From the NCBI GenBank assembly GCA_025289735.1, contig GCA_025289735.1_4764.1: a stretch of 37,440 bases of DNA. One strand, written 5' to 3'. The stretch is from a phage. The translations under genes and the position numbers were made by a program. The notes beneath the pieces were generated by a model that was given only the letters and a program-made list of their open reading frames with translations, made no database searches and was not told the origin of the DNA. Positions 9,428 through 18,947 of this stretch are shown here, in pieces. Numbering within the stretch: position 1 is the first letter of the stretch; each line of letters starts with the position of its first letter.

Positions 9428-10401
9428 TATACGAACTCCAATTCAACCATTAATTGCATTAACAAAAAGACAATGTGAATCTCTTTATCAGCCGCGTGCG
9501 CAAACATCTGATTATTTTCACCGATAATCTCAGTGAGACGAATAATAGAAGCTGGCTTAACTTGAGTATACAACTCATTATAAAGTTTCTTGACAAATTG
9601 AGCGTATGTATTGGTATAGCGCGGTGCGAGTTTACGCACATTAGCAAACTGTTTAGTTTTAAGTGCTTCCACCACATCGGTTACTTCGGTATTGCTACTT
9701 TCGATAACCATACTCAATACGCCAGCATCAATTTTACCATGTTTAGCGTAGCGGTCCAAAAGTTTCATTACGCGCCGGAAGTCTGGGAAGTTCTGCTTAA
9801 CCAATTCCGCTAATACGCGCATTTCTTCTACTGGTACACCTTCTTTATCAAGAATTGCCTTACACCGGACGATCATTTCTTTCATCATGCGAAGCTGATC
9901 ATCTTTAGTCGGAGATCCAAACGTGATGGGATCAAATCGAGATCGTAACGCTGGGATAATACCTTCTAGATCGTTTGCTGTGATAATGAATGTCACGTTG
10001 TTTGAGTATGCCTCAGAGAAACTACGCAAGTGTCTTTGAGCATCAGCCAACCCCGCTCGGTCATACTCATCGATAATAACAACTTTGCCTTTTTCTCGTT
10101 TTTCTTCATCGAGTGATACACTCTGCGCAAAGCGTGTAATCTCATCGCGGATAAAATCAATCTTACAATCTGCGCCGTTAACAAACAGATAATCAACACC
10201 CACATCTTCGCAAAGCGCCTTAGCAACGGTTGTTTTACCAGTACCCGGCGATGGGCTATGCAGAATCATTGAAGGGATTCGTCCTTGCTTAACAATCTGC
10301 GCGAAGATCTTTTTATCTGCTTCCGGCAGAATACATTCAGAAATTGATTTCGGACGGTATTTCTGTTCCCACTGAAACTCGTTTTCATTAACACTCAGCA
10401 T
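9427..10401 (-). CDS. 44: clamp loader large subunit, AAA+ ATPase (T4 gp44)
   Basis: Walker A HSPSPGTGKTTVAKALC, Walker B VIIDEYDR, SRF sensor; strong identity to T4 gp44. Track start is GTG at 10416; ATG at 10401 has GAGAGGTGA SD and aligns with the T4 N-terminus. Confidence 0.95.
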   Translation of the reverse strand: MLSVNENEFQWEQKYRPKSISECILPEADKKIFAQIVKQGRIPSMILHSPSPGTGKTTVAKALCEDVGVDYLFVNGADCKIDFIRDEITRFAQSVSLDEEKREKGKVVIIDEYDRAGLADAQRHLRSFSEAYSNNVTFIITANDLEGIIPALRSRFDPITFGSPTKDDQLRMMKEMIVRCKAILDKEGVPVEEMRVLAELVKQNFPDFRRVMKLLDRYAKHGKIDAGVLSMVIESSNTEVTDVVEALKTKQFANVRKLAPRYTNTYAQFVKKLYNELYTQVKPASIIRLTEIIGENNQMFAHAADKEIHIVFLLMQLMVELEFV

Positions 10402-10439
10402 ATAATCACCTCTCACAAATTACATCATTAAAAAGGGGA

Positions 10440-10464
10440 GTATTTACACTCCCCACAAACATTA
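10440..10464 (-). terminator. intrinsic terminator-like hairpin between gene 45 and gene 44
   Basis: Minus strand GGGGAGTgtaaatACTCCCC followed by TTTTT, 3 nt after the gp45 stop. Confidence 0.45.
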
Positions 10465-10466
10465 TA

Positions 10467-11153
10467 TTAGTCGGTGTAGCTGGAGTCAAGGTCACACGCG
10501 ATCATATAAGATACGGTTTCACTTGCCAGCCATACAGCCTTACGGCGAGTGAAGCTCAGTTTGTAATCGCCGAAGTCAGTAGCAACCAGTTTCATGTTAT
10601 CTTTACGAATAAAGAAATGGAAGTCTGCGGTTCCGGTATATTCGCCCATATCAAGACAAAACATCTCATTAGGATTATTTTTGTCAATCTCTTCCCAGCC
10701 TTTGATCATCAGACGACCATCAATCGGAAGAAATTCAAGGCGATCCACTTTAAGCTGATTGCTCATTTTCATAAGCTGTTTCAGATCGTCGTTGCTCAGT
10801 TCGTAATCTACATCGCTTGCAGGTGGAGTAACTCGGCCTTTCGGTGATACGATAGCGGCAGCACTAGCACCAGGGTAATTAATTTTCAGACGATCATTAG
10901 ACACACGAATGTTTCCGGTGCGGTCATCAACCGTAATATCTGCTTCATCGCCTACCAGATTCAGAATACCCAAGAAAGAGTTAAGATCATAGATCCCAAT
11001 TTCGTGTTCCAGTTCTTGATTCAGAGTCGCTTCACCATATACAACGTTTGTCATGTTTTTGGTGATCAGGACGTTTCCTTTTTTCAGGATGATACCTGGG
11101 TTAATAGCGGAAAAGTTTTTCAGGGTAGCAATGGTTTCTTTAGTCAGTTTCAT
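10467..11153 (-). CDS. 45: sliding clamp (T4 gp45)
   Basis: 228 aa from ATG 11153 (AAGGTGA SD); identity to T4 gp45 (MKL.K.T.A.LKNF, IYDLN.FLGIL.LV). Confidence 0.9.
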   Translation of the reverse strand: MKLTKETIATLKNFSAINPGIILKKGNVLITKNMTNVVYGEATLNQELEHEIGIYDLNSFLGILNLVGDEADITVDDRTGNIRVSNDRLKINYPGASAAAIVSPKGRVTPPASDVDYELSNDDLKQLMKMSNQLKVDRLEFLPIDGRLMIKGWEEIDKNNPNEMFCLDMGEYTGTADFHFFIRKDNMKLVATDFGDYKLSFTRRKAVWLASETVSYMIACDLDSSYTD

Positions 11154-11183
11154 CAAATCACCTTTATCATGTTAATCAATTAA

Positions 11184-11576
11184 TTACGGGTTTACTTCGT
11201 GCTCATTTTGAATCTTTAGCATTCTTTCGATAAATTTTTTCTCGGCTTCCTTATCGGATGAGTGAGTATACTTCAATCCAATGTAAGCTGTCAAGTATTG
11301 TTGTAGAGCATAGACAGTAACCGGATTCTTTGCGGTCTTTTTGCCGTCGAGATATACCAGATCACCACGAACATCAAACGCAAGTTTACGACGAATTACA
11401 TCATCAACAAATTTATCTAGGACAAAATACCACTCAATACATTCTATCCCGTGACGGTAGTTCATTACATCATTATCTTTGATATAGTCAAACGGAATAT
11501 GACATAATTTACGATTTTGTAGGATGAATAGCATTTGTTCTTTTAAGCTCATACGTTTCATTCTATCACTTCCCAT
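11184..11576 (-). CDS. hypothetical protein, positional equivalent of T4 rpbA
   Basis: ORF track (132 aa with TTG start); internal ATGs at 11576 and 11561, so start is uncertain. No motif-level assignment. Confidence 0.45.
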   Translation of the reverse strand: MGSDRMKRMSLKEQMLFILQNRKLCHIPFDYIKDNDVMNYRHGIECIEWYFVLDKFVDDVIRRKLAFDVRGDLVYLDGKKTAKNPVTVYALQQYLTAYIGLKYTHSSDKEAEKKFIERMLKIQNEHEVNP

Positions 11577-11943
11577 CAGCAATTGCGATCAGACGAGTTA
11601 CTACTACGCTAGCGGCTTCAATCAGAAGTTCATCAGTGTCAATCTGATAACCCTTTTCGAGAATATCTTTACCTCGAATAGTTTTAGCGCCTTTAGCAAT
11701 TGAATCATCGTAATACTTGCGCATTGCCGCGATCCATTCTTTTTGCACCATATCATCAATATGCGCGTACAGTTCAAAGCGTGCTTGCTGCGGGATAACC
11801 TTCATTTTAGCTTTCTCGCTTTCCGGCATTTGTAGCACCCACGCTTTACGGATCTTGTTCATTGCTCGGTCAAATTCGAGACTGGTTTTCTTGTTCTGAA
11901 TGTCTGCTACAGTAATTTTAGCCAGGTTTGCGGAAGTAGTCAT
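11566..11943 (-). CDS. hypothetical protein (125 aa)
   Basis: ATG 11943 with GGAGA SD (track start further upstream is an alternative codon). Confidence 0.5.
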   Translation of the reverse strand: MTTSANLAKITVADIQNKKTSLEFDRAMNKIRKAWVLQMPESEKAKMKVIPQQARFELYAHIDDMVQKEWIAAMRKYYDDSIAKGAKTIRGKDILEKGYQIDTDELLIEAASVVVTRLIAIADGK

Positions 11944-11967
11944 AATATTAATCTCCAAAATAAAATC

Positions 11968-11996
11968 AGTATATCACGTTCTAAAGTTTGTTGCAA
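11968..11996 (-). promoter_or_regulatory. candidate sigma70 promoter (-35 TTGCAA, 17 bp, -10 TATACT)
   Basis: Plus strand agtata(11968-11973) and ttgcaa(11991-11996); weaker -35 than the other promoters. Confidence 0.35.
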
Positions 11997-12204
11997 CCCC
12001 AGCATCAGGGTAATCAAGTTTATCAAAGTTGGGGACCAGCATAAACTCATGATGACGACAAGACAACATTTTTGTTATGTCTGCATCGCTGTATATGCTG
12101 TTTTTCATATCCCCCATACTAACTACATATTCTTCACCGGAATATAGATTGATTAAGGTATACAATTCTAACTCCGGCTGCGTCACTCTGTCAAATGTTA
12201 ACAT
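11974..12204 (-). CDS. hypothetical protein (76 aa)
   Basis: ORF track; ATG 12204; overlaps gp46 stop by 14 nt. Confidence 0.45.
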   Translation of the reverse strand: MLTFDRVTQPELELYTLINLYSGEEYVVSMGDMKNSIYSDADITKMLSCRHHEFMLVPNFDKLDYPDAGVATNFRT

Positions 12205-13873
12205 TCATTTCAGTGAATCGCCCACGTTTAACCATCTTGAGATGACGGCTAAAATCATCAGGGTTATGGTCACGATGGCTGATAATATACACGTTATCAT
12301 CTAACTTGTCAATGATGGAATCAAGTGCTTTTACGCCTTGAACGTCCGTAGCCCCATCATAAATTTCGTCGAGTACCAACAAAGAAATATTAGTACCAGA
12401 TACTTTACCAGCAACATCACGCCATGTAAAGAGCATCGCAAGGTCAATACGTGCTTTTTCGCCTTGACTGAATGATGTATACGAAAACGATTCACGCCCC
12501 CGTGATTTGATTGTTTCGTTAAACTCTTCATCTAGCGTAAAGATATAATCCGCTTCCATGATATCAAGATAATATGCAATCCGATCATTGAAATATGGAA
12601 TATATTTCTTGACGATAGACGCCTTAACACCGGAATCCTTCAACATTTCTGTTACAAATCCACGGTGATATTTTTCAAGAACTAGCTTTGATTTTTCATT
12701 AGTGATCTCTACCAGTTCGTGTTCCAGTTTAGCAAGTTCTTCGGAATTGTCAACCCTTTCTTTTTGCAATTCTTGCATTGCTTTCTGGATCTGTTTAGCC
12801 CGACCTACAGATGCCGTTAAATTCGCTCTCTGTGACTCTATAGCGCGTTTAATTTCCAAGACCTTAGTTTGTGCTGTCTGAAAAGAATTGGCCTTCTCTG
12901 CGTATTCTACGCGTTTCTCGTCAATCAGAGACAGTTTATGTTCTGCTTGTGCTTTTTGTTCGCGTACAGCCTGATCATTACCCTGAATGATCGGTTGTGT
13001 GCACGTAGGACAGATCCCGCCTTTCTCGTGCATATGGATAACACGATCAAAGTTCTGGATCTGTGCACCAATCTGTGCGATAGCAGTATTAATTTTAGCC
13101 AATGCCGCGCTAGGATCTTCCGGCATAACAACAGCCAATAGCTCATCGGTCAAGCGCGTTTCTTCGGCTTTAAATGCTTTAGCCGATTCTACCTCTTTGT
13201 CATACATATTCTGTAAACGCTGGAGATTCTCGGCACTCGCCTTGCTAGCGTCTTCTATGTACTTTTTATGAGTGTTGATTTGTTGCTGAACGTGATTAGC
13301 TTTCATTTCCTGCATTTGGATATTCTGGGTAATCTCGCGCACATACGCTTTATTCAGTTTATCCATTTCGCCTAGCGTAGCAATATCAAGCAAATCCTCG
13401 ACCAGTTTACGGCGACCCGCTGCCGGAAGACTCATAAACGGAACATAACCAGCAGTGCCTAAAACAACGATCTGTTTAAAGCTGGCTAGGTTCATTCCTA
13501 TGATACCTTCAAAATATTCCTGAAAGTCTTTGGTGCTTGCGCTCTCGTCGATCTTTTGACCGTCGCGATGCACTTCGAATACTTCCGGCTTTTGACCACG
13601 TTTGATATAAAACTCTTTCCCGTCCAGTTCAAACCAGACTTCGACTAACAGTTTCTTTTTGTTGACGCTGTTAATCAATTGGCCTTTCTTGATACTACGA
13701 AACGGTTTACCGAACAACACAAAGCAAAGCGCCTCGATCATGGTCGATTTACCAGCACCGTTAACACCAGTGATTAGTGTCTTTTTGAATCCGTCTAGCT
13801 GAATCTCAACAGGTTCAGCACCCACGCTCATTATATTTTGATAGCGCAAGGTTTTAAAATTTAACTTTGCCAT
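12191..13873 (-). CDS. 46: recombination exonuclease subunit, SbcC/Rad50-like (T4 gp46)
   Basis: Walker A GVNGAGKST; long identity to T4 gp46 (FELDGKEFYIKRGQKP, FKQIVVLGTAGY, KYIPYFN, MEADYIFTLDEEFNETIKSRGRE, LLVLDE). Start set to ATG 13873 (GGAGTGG SD), not the track's TTG at 13888. Confidence 0.9.
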   Translation of the reverse strand: MAKLNFKTLRYQNIMSVGAEPVEIQLDGFKKTLITGVNGAGKSTMIEALCFVLFGKPFRSIKKGQLINSVNKKKLLVEVWFELDGKEFYIKRGQKPEVFEVHRDGQKIDESASTKDFQEYFEGIIGMNLASFKQIVVLGTAGYVPFMSLPAAGRRKLVEDLLDIATLGEMDKLNKAYVREITQNIQMQEMKANHVQQQINTHKKYIEDASKASAENLQRLQNMYDKEVESAKAFKAEETRLTDELLAVVMPEDPSAALAKINTAIAQIGAQIQNFDRVIHMHEKGGICPTCTQPIIQGNDQAVREQKAQAEHKLSLIDEKRVEYAEKANSFQTAQTKVLEIKRAIESQRANLTASVGRAKQIQKAMQELQKERVDNSEELAKLEHELVEITNEKSKLVLEKYHRGFVTEMLKDSGVKASIVKKYIPYFNDRIAYYLDIMEADYIFTLDEEFNETIKSRGRESFSYTSFSQGEKARIDLAMLFTWRDVAGKVSGTNISLLVLDEIYDGATDVQGVKALDSIIDKLDDNVYIISHRDHNPDDFSRHLKMVKRGRFTEMNVNI

Positions 13874-14117
13874 TAAGCCACTCCGCAATCACACATTCCA
13901 TAATATTAAATGCTAACACATCTTCATCAATGTTGTAAACACTTGCCGCCTTCACTTTAACTAATGTGTCTCTGCGATCTGGCAACATGATCACATAATC
14001 CAGTGTCGCCGGATCATATGTCATAAAGGGATCAACATAAATCCCTTTATTCAATGCCAGATATTCGCGAAGACCTTCTATAACCCTGTGTCTAAGGTAG
14101 GTCATCGATAGAATCAT
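13854..14117 (-). CDS. hypothetical protein (87 aa)
   Basis: ORF track; ATG 14117 overlaps stop of upstream ORF (ATGA). Confidence 0.5.
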   Translation of the reverse strand: MILSMTYLRHRVIEGLREYLALNKGIYVDPFMTYDPATLDYVIMLPDRRDTLVKVKAASVYNIDEDVLAFNIMECVIAEWLNGKVKF

Positions 14118-14686
14118 TTTAGTTTATGTTCCTCTAAAAATTCATCAATTTCACCTTGCAGGTCTTCCGCTTGTTGTTCCAGAATATCGCGAAATTCACC
14201 TACCGTCAAGCGGTGATCACATTTCACCAGTCGATGTGGGAGAATATACCCTTTATACATCGTCTCTGACGCTTCCAGGAATACCCCACTATGCATAACA
14301 GAGATCCAACCTGTTAGCGTCAATGGAGTATTCGGAAAATAATATTTGCTGGATTGTTTCCACTGGACGAAAGCACCATATACAATCGGATTATATTCAC
14401 CAACCACACTCTTAATAATGGATTCTACTTTGTCTTTTACAAAGTCGCCAATGCCCATAGTCACCATCAATTCTTGTGGGTGAATCACTTTAAGGTAACG
14501 ACGGTAGCCGTCATCATACCACATCTTAACAACTGGCCGACCCCACATTTTAGCAATACGCGCTTTCAGATAACCATAGATCGGATTCTTGTAATATGAT
14601 TGTTTTTGTGTGTATGCGTGCACCAATTCAATAAAATATTCCATTGCTATCGAATCAGGATCAGCCGCGACCATAGTCGTATTCAT
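14114..14686 (-). CDS. hypothetical protein (~190 aa)
   Basis: Track ORF 14114..14710; I prefer ATG 14686 because of its GAGGAA SD. Start is uncertain. Confidence 0.5.
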   Translation of the reverse strand: MNTTMVAADPDSIAMEYFIELVHAYTQKQSYYKNPIYGYLKARIAKMWGRPVVKMWYDDGYRRYLKVIHPQELMVTMGIGDFVKDKVESIIKSVVGEYNPIVYGAFVQWKQSSKYYFPNTPLTLTGWISVMHSGVFLEASETMYKGYILPHRLVKCDHRLTVGEFRDILEQQAEDLQGEIDEFLEEHKLK

Positions 14687-14978
14687 AATATGTTCCTCGT
14701 TCAATTTCATATTGTTTCAGGTCTTCTAAAAGTTCATCCACTGCTTGTTTCAGCACATGACGCAGCGTAAAGTAATAGCTTTCATCAAATTCTATTTCCG
14801 CGCGAGGAATAGAACGAAACTTACACTTAACAGTAGTATCGGTGAGTCGCTTTTCGACCATCATCCGAACTTCTTCATGCTCTTTGGAATACCATACATC
14901 AACGGAGATCCCCTTGCGTCGAGCAAACATAGGCAATGCCGCATTAAATTCCATTACTTTTTGTGCAAGTGTTTTCAT
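14661..14978 (-). CDS. hypothetical protein (105 aa)
   Basis: ORF track; overlaps the downstream gene by about 26 nt. Confidence 0.45.
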   Translation of the reverse strand: MKTLAQKVMEFNAALPMFARRKGISVDVWYSKEHEEVRMMVEKRLTDTTVKCKFRSIPRAEIEFDESYYFTLRHVLKQAVDELLEDLKQYEIERGTYYEYDYGRG

Positions 14979-15226
14979 CGTACAGACCCCATAGATCCAC
15001 GCGCAATAACATTCTGGGTAATATCAGCAACCTTACGGGATACGATGTTTGTTAGCCCCTCTTTGGTGATATTTTCACGATCAAATGGGATTTCGTCATG
15101 AGTCCACAAACCATAGTTAGATCGAAATGATAGCATATACTGACCATCTCGCACAACCTCAAATACATGGATCTTAGTGAATTTCGACAAACCTTCGTTG
15201 ATTTCTTTCAGTGCATTAGTAATCAT
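14975..15226 (-). CDS. hypothetical protein (83 aa)
   Basis: Track start 15238 is TTG; ATG 15226 has GGAGG SD and lies downstream of promoter 15253..15281. Confidence 0.5.
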   Translation of the reverse strand: MITNALKEINEGLSKFTKIHVFEVVRDGQYMLSFRSNYGLWTHDEIPFDRENITKEGLTNIVSRKVADITQNVIARGSMGSVR

Positions 15227-15252
15227 AACAACCTCCAATCAATTTTTTAGAG

Positions 15253-15281
15253 AGTATAACGGGGATTTCTCCCCGCGTCAA
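15253..15281 (-). promoter_or_regulatory. PeSL-like early promoter (-35 TTGACG, 17 bp with palindrome CGGGGAGAAATCCCCG, -10 TATACT)
   Basis: Plus strand agtata(15253-15258) and cgtcaa(15276-15281), immediately after the gp47 stop. Confidence 0.55.
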
Positions 15282-16307
15282 CTAACTTTTTGCGTTATTT
15301 ACTTCGGCTAAAAGTTCATCAGAAATACGCTTGACCGCCGCAAGTTCTTCCGGTTCTAAGTTTTGTTCTTCCAGATATTCATAGACCATCTGAATAGTGC
15401 TTTTAACTTCAATAACACCTGTTTCCTGTGATGCGCTACTCTCCAACTTATGGACCACTTTTAGCTTGTGTACAACGGCCTCTAACGCGCTTTCTAACTT
15501 AGTTAACCCATTATCAGCGACCGTTGCGATAAGACGCACACTAAGCCCCTTAAAGCGTTCTACATCGATTTTATCATCTGACGGGTAAGTGATACGCACA
15601 TGATAAGTTTTGTCATTCTGGATAAACTCCTTTTTGTGTGTATCTGTATCGAATACCCAAAAACCACGCGGATCATTTTCGTCACCCGCCGTTAGTGTGT
15701 ATGGTGTACCAATATACGTTACGTTGCCGCCATCACTGATAGTATGAAAGTGACCGGAAAACACTTCACGGTATTTCTTGAGGAAGTCCGCGCTATAACC
15801 TTCGGATTTTAACCCTTTATAGAAATAGTAGCCAGACAATTCCCAATGGCCTACACAATATTCGCTGAATGAATTTTGAATAAACTCTAAAACCTCTGAT
15901 TTATTATCATCACAAAACCACGGGAACAGATCGAACGATACCCCATCAAAGGTAACTGTTTCCGGCTTATCAATGACCTTAATGCAATCATACTGGCTTA
16001 ACACTTCACGCGGCGCGTTAGGCTGGATCTTATTGCGCTTAAACATATCATGATTCCCGACCGTGATATAACAAGTAATGCCAGCCTCTTCCAGTAATGG
16101 GATGACCTTAGTACGGTTAAATTTCATGGTTTCATGGGTAATTGCTTTTCGGCAATCAAACCAATCCCCTGTTTGAATCCATGTCTTAATATTATGCTCT
16201 TTGGAGTATTCAACCGCTTTCTTGATGGTATCAAGAATATACTCATGCACCCACGGATCATCGCCACCGATACCAGTATGCAGATCACCTAAAAGCAAAA
16301 TTTTCAT
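15282..16307 (-). CDS. 47: recombination endonuclease subunit, SbcD/Mre11-like (T4 gp47)
   Basis: 341 aa; phosphoesterase motifs (LGDLH, GNHD, GHWE, GHFH) and strong identity to T4 gp47; ATG 16307 with GAGAGGAAGAG SD. Confidence 0.9.
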   Translation of the reverse strand: MKILLLGDLHTGIGGDDPWVHEYILDTIKKAVEYSKEHNIKTWIQTGDWFDCRKAITHETMKFNRTKVIPLLEEAGITCYITVGNHDMFKRNKIQPNAPREVLSQYDCIKVIDKPETVTFDGVSFDLFPWFCDDNKSEVLEFIQNSFSEYCVGHWELSGYYFYKGLKSEGYSADFLKKYREVFSGHFHTISDGGNVTYIGTPYTLTAGDENDPRGFWVFDTDTHKKEFIQNDKTYHVRITYPSDDKIDVERFKGLSVRLIATVADNGLTKLESALEAVVHKLKVVHKLESSASQETGVIEVKSTIQMVYEYLEEQNLEPEELAAVKRISDELLAEVNNAKS

Positions 16308-16351
16308 AGTCTCTTCCTCTCTTCGTTTTCGATGCTCTCACTATATCACAG

Positions 16352-16375
16352 AAAAATAAAAAGGGAAACCCTTTT
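16352..16375 (-). terminator. terminator-like hairpin upstream of gene 47
   Basis: Minus strand AAGGGtttCCCTT followed by a T-rich run (TTTTATTTTT), between ORF 16398..16685 and gp47. Confidence 0.35.
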
Positions 16376-16397
16376 CAGAGTCTCCCTTATAAAGCCA

Positions 16398-16685
16398 TTA
16401 CAGCATACTTAATACCGTTTGCCGTGTACTAATCCACATAGCAGAAAGCAGTTCTGGCGTGTGTGGCTGTTTGTAGATATCACGTAATTTTCCGATAGCG
16501 TAGATATACGCATCACGATTATCATCGATGATAGCTTGTTCAGCCCACCGCTTAAGGCGTGCAATCTCTCGCGAGTTCTTACGCAAGATCTTTTCCGCTT
16601 TCTTAGCGGCTTTAGCCTCTAGTTCTGCTTGTACTTTGTCTACTTCATTCACTGCAATCTGGTCATGCTGTTCATCGTAAGTCAT
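16398..16685 (-). CDS. hypothetical protein (95 aa)
   Basis: ORF track; ATG 16685 with GAAGGA SD; lies where T4 has alpha-gt/47.1. Confidence 0.5.
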   Translation of the reverse strand: MTYDEQHDQIAVNEVDKVQAELEAKAAKKAEKILRKNSREIARLKRWAEQAIIDDNRDAYIYAIGKLRDIYKQPHTPELLSAMWISTRQTVLSML

Positions 16686-16686
16686 G

Positions 16687-16920
16687 TTATTTTCCTTCTG
16701 GGATATAGTCGATGATTAAAGAAAATTCATCTTCTGATACATTATAGCTATGTGAGATTGTACCCGTAAAGACCTCAAGATCCGGTGATTTGATATTGCA
16801 CGGATCGATAATCACCGGAACGCCGCAATCTCTCAAAAATAATTTGGCGAAATACGGCACAAGGTCAGTTTCAAACTCTGCTTCTTCCAGCAAACGGGAA
16901 ATGTTAATTTTCAATCTCAT
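16687..16920 (-). CDS. hypothetical protein (77 aa)
   Basis: ORF track; ATG 16920; overlaps gp55 3' end by 17 nt; weak SD. Confidence 0.4.
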   Translation of the reverse strand: MRLKINISRLLEEAEFETDLVPYFAKLFLRDCGVPVIIDPCNIKSPDLEVFTGTISHSYNVSEDEFSLIIDYIPEGK

Positions 16921-17437
16921 AAAATTGGTCCAGGCTAGGCAATTCCTCGGTCAATACATCTTCAACCTTTGGCGCTTTCGGTTTATTGACCGATTCCTCG
17001 TAGTTGTTGATTTTATCGTAAATGTCCTGTATGAATGCCTCATCCGCAATCTGGCACATATCAGCGTCGCGTTCGTCATATACATGATGCACAAAATATT
17101 TGTATTTTGCGGCTGTCGCTGTTCTCTCTTTTTTAATGCGCTGTACAAAAGCATTAAAGCACGCTTGCGTGATGTAAGCATGAGGATTTTTATACTTTGT
17201 CTCGTCAAAATTAATCAAACCCTTGACCGCCGCTTCGATTCCATCGTCGATCATTTCTTCGCGCCATGTTTGACTATAGCCAGAAAAGTTAAAACGACGT
17301 GATAGATTTTTAGAGATTTGCATAATTGCTAGGCCGATTTGATCGCTCATTGGAACTTGCCGACCTTCTGCTGCAATTTGTTGTTTCCAACGGCAAATTT
17401 CTTCGTAAAGCTCTTTATTGTTTACATAATCAGACAC
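16904..17437 (-). CDS. 55: late-transcription sigma factor (T4 gp55)
   Basis: Strong identity to T4 gp55 ([63 protein letters not shown]). Appears to start with GTG 17437 (GAGGGTG SD 7 nt upstream); no in-frame ATG before residue 30. Confidence 0.88.
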   Translation of the reverse strand: MSDYVNNKELYEEICRWKQQIAAEGRQVPMSDQIGLAIMQISKNLSRRFNFSGYSQTWREEMIDDGIEAAVKGLINFDETKYKNPHAYITQACFNAFVQRIKKERTATAAKYKYFVHHVYDERDADMCQIADEAFIQDIYDKINNYEESVNKPKAPKVEDVLTEELPSLDQFYEIEN

Positions 17438-17465
17438 TTCGCACCCTCGCTATTATTTAGGAAAT

Positions 17466-17482
17466 AACCCTTTCGGGCTATT
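17466..17482 (-). other. small GAAA-loop hairpin overlapping stop of the 489-aa ORF
   Basis: Minus strand AGCCCgaaaGGGTT; weak element, role unclear. Confidence 0.25.
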
Positions 17483-18947
17483 CCCCATTACCATTATACT
17501 TTCTTTGCTTAGTTATCCACACTCTAACCATCTCTACAGATTCACCGTCAGACGGATCAAGAGTTTTTCCTTTTTTCTTCATGCGATACTTAAATCCGTT
17601 AAATCTTGCATTCTCTTGCTCGTTAAAGTCGAACATCTTTTTAAATGATTTTCGCCCTTTACGCTCACCGCATTCTAGCGGAATCATTCGGTCTGTTATT
17701 ACATTGGCATTAGGCAGAAACGTTTTTAGATAATCTACCAACGCCCAATCAGGAACATATAGATTAACATTCTCCTTGCTCTCGTTGTCTCTCAGGTTAC
17801 AACGCAAACATAATTGAAATGCTGGTTCCAGATAATCAGACACATGACGCGCTTTCAAAAACTCATTTGTCGGGAGATCGCAACTATTAGCAAGACCTTT
17901 TAAAATATCAATCTCCCATCGTTGAGGGTTAAAGCTGAACATCACAGCAACATTTTTATGATGAATGTAAGAGTTAAGACCATAAGATCCGTAAGGTATC
18001 CGCTCACCAATACCATTTGTGCACGCTTCTCGGTCCCGATTCACGGTATAAATGAAGTCATCACCACATTCATTTTTAACCATATCAACAAGACGTTCAA
18101 AGGTATTGTTTGTTTCTGACTGGTGACGCGACCATCGTTCAGAGTCCGTCATAAGGATGATATTAACTCTATCTGTATTTTTATACTCTTTGAAATATAG
18201 TCTGGATTCTAGCGCACTCGGAACAAAATCGCAATTTGCATAGTATCGTAGATACTTCCCACTATATGTATCAAAGAGATTTGCACATGCTATTGTAACC
18301 TTTTTAAAGTCTCCCCACGTACCGTGTTTGTTATCGTTCAAGAAAACAATTTTCGACCCATTCTTCCGGTGTCCTTCGTTATGTTTTACCATAACGTTGA
18401 TTTTCTTCTCTAATAACGCCTCATAAAGCCCTCTAAGAGAAGAATCGATCATATCAGTACCATCCTTTGCACTTTCTATCTTTTCTTTGATAGCGGCCTT
18501 CTCAGAGTCTTTTAGAACTAAGTTCTGTAGGCATTCCGATTCGTCGGCGATTGGTTCGCAATGCTTCGTGATAAGTTCAAGATTAGACTTAAACGGATAC
18601 TCATTAAATTCAACCAGTTGAGGAACTTCATCAATGTAAAGGGCATATTCACCAAACATTTTTGAACGTTCCATATTAGATAACGCTGTATGTGTAATGA
18701 ATATCACATCAGCACCATCTTTAACTGATTGCATTATCGACGCTTGCACTGTCTTAAGGCTTCTTAGTCTTGTGCTATCAATCAAGACAGCACGACCGCC
18801 CATTCTTTTAAACTTATTGTAAGATTGTTCACTTAAAACACGAGATGGCGAAGCAATAACCGCTTTTTCTTTTGTCTCTAGGACGTGGGAAAGTATAGCA
18901 TCAGTTTTCCCCGCCGCTGGCAATGCGATTAATGTTTCAATCTTCAT
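17478..18947 (-). CDS. P-loop NTPase, possibly helicase-like (489 aa); function unknown
   Basis: Walker A LPAAGKTD at residues 9-16, Walker B-like LYIDEVP about 95 residues later; ATG 18947 overlaps stop of upstream 95-aa ORF. Not matched to any T4 protein I remember at this locus. Confidence 0.6.
   Translation of the reverse strand: MKIETLIALPAAGKTDAILSHVLETKEKAVIASPSRVLSEQSYNKFKRMGGRAVLIDSTRLRSLKTVQASIMQSVKDGADVIFITHTALSNMERSKMFGEYALYIDEVPQLVEFNEYPFKSNLELITKHCEPIADESECLQNLVLKDSEKAAIKEKIESAKDGTDMIDSSLRGLYEALLEKKINVMVKHNEGHRKNGSKIVFLNDNKHGTWGDFKKVTIACANLFDTYSGKYLRYYANCDFVPSALESRLYFKEYKNTDRVNIILMTDSERWSRHQSETNNTFERLVDMVKNECGDDFIYTVNRDREACTNGIGERIPYGSYGLNSYIHHKNVAVMFSFNPQRWEIDILKGLANSCDLPTNEFLKARHVSDYLEPAFQLCLRCNLRDNESKENVNLYVPDWALVDYLKTFLPNANVITDRMIPLECGERKGRKSFKKMFDFNEQENARFNGFKYRMKKKGKTLDPSDGESVEMVRVWITKQRKYNGNGE

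Noticed and set aside
16321-16350. Possible promoter (GATATAGT) upstream of gene 47
   Set aside because: No acceptable -35 hexamer or recognisable MotA-box-like element at the right spacing; not called.
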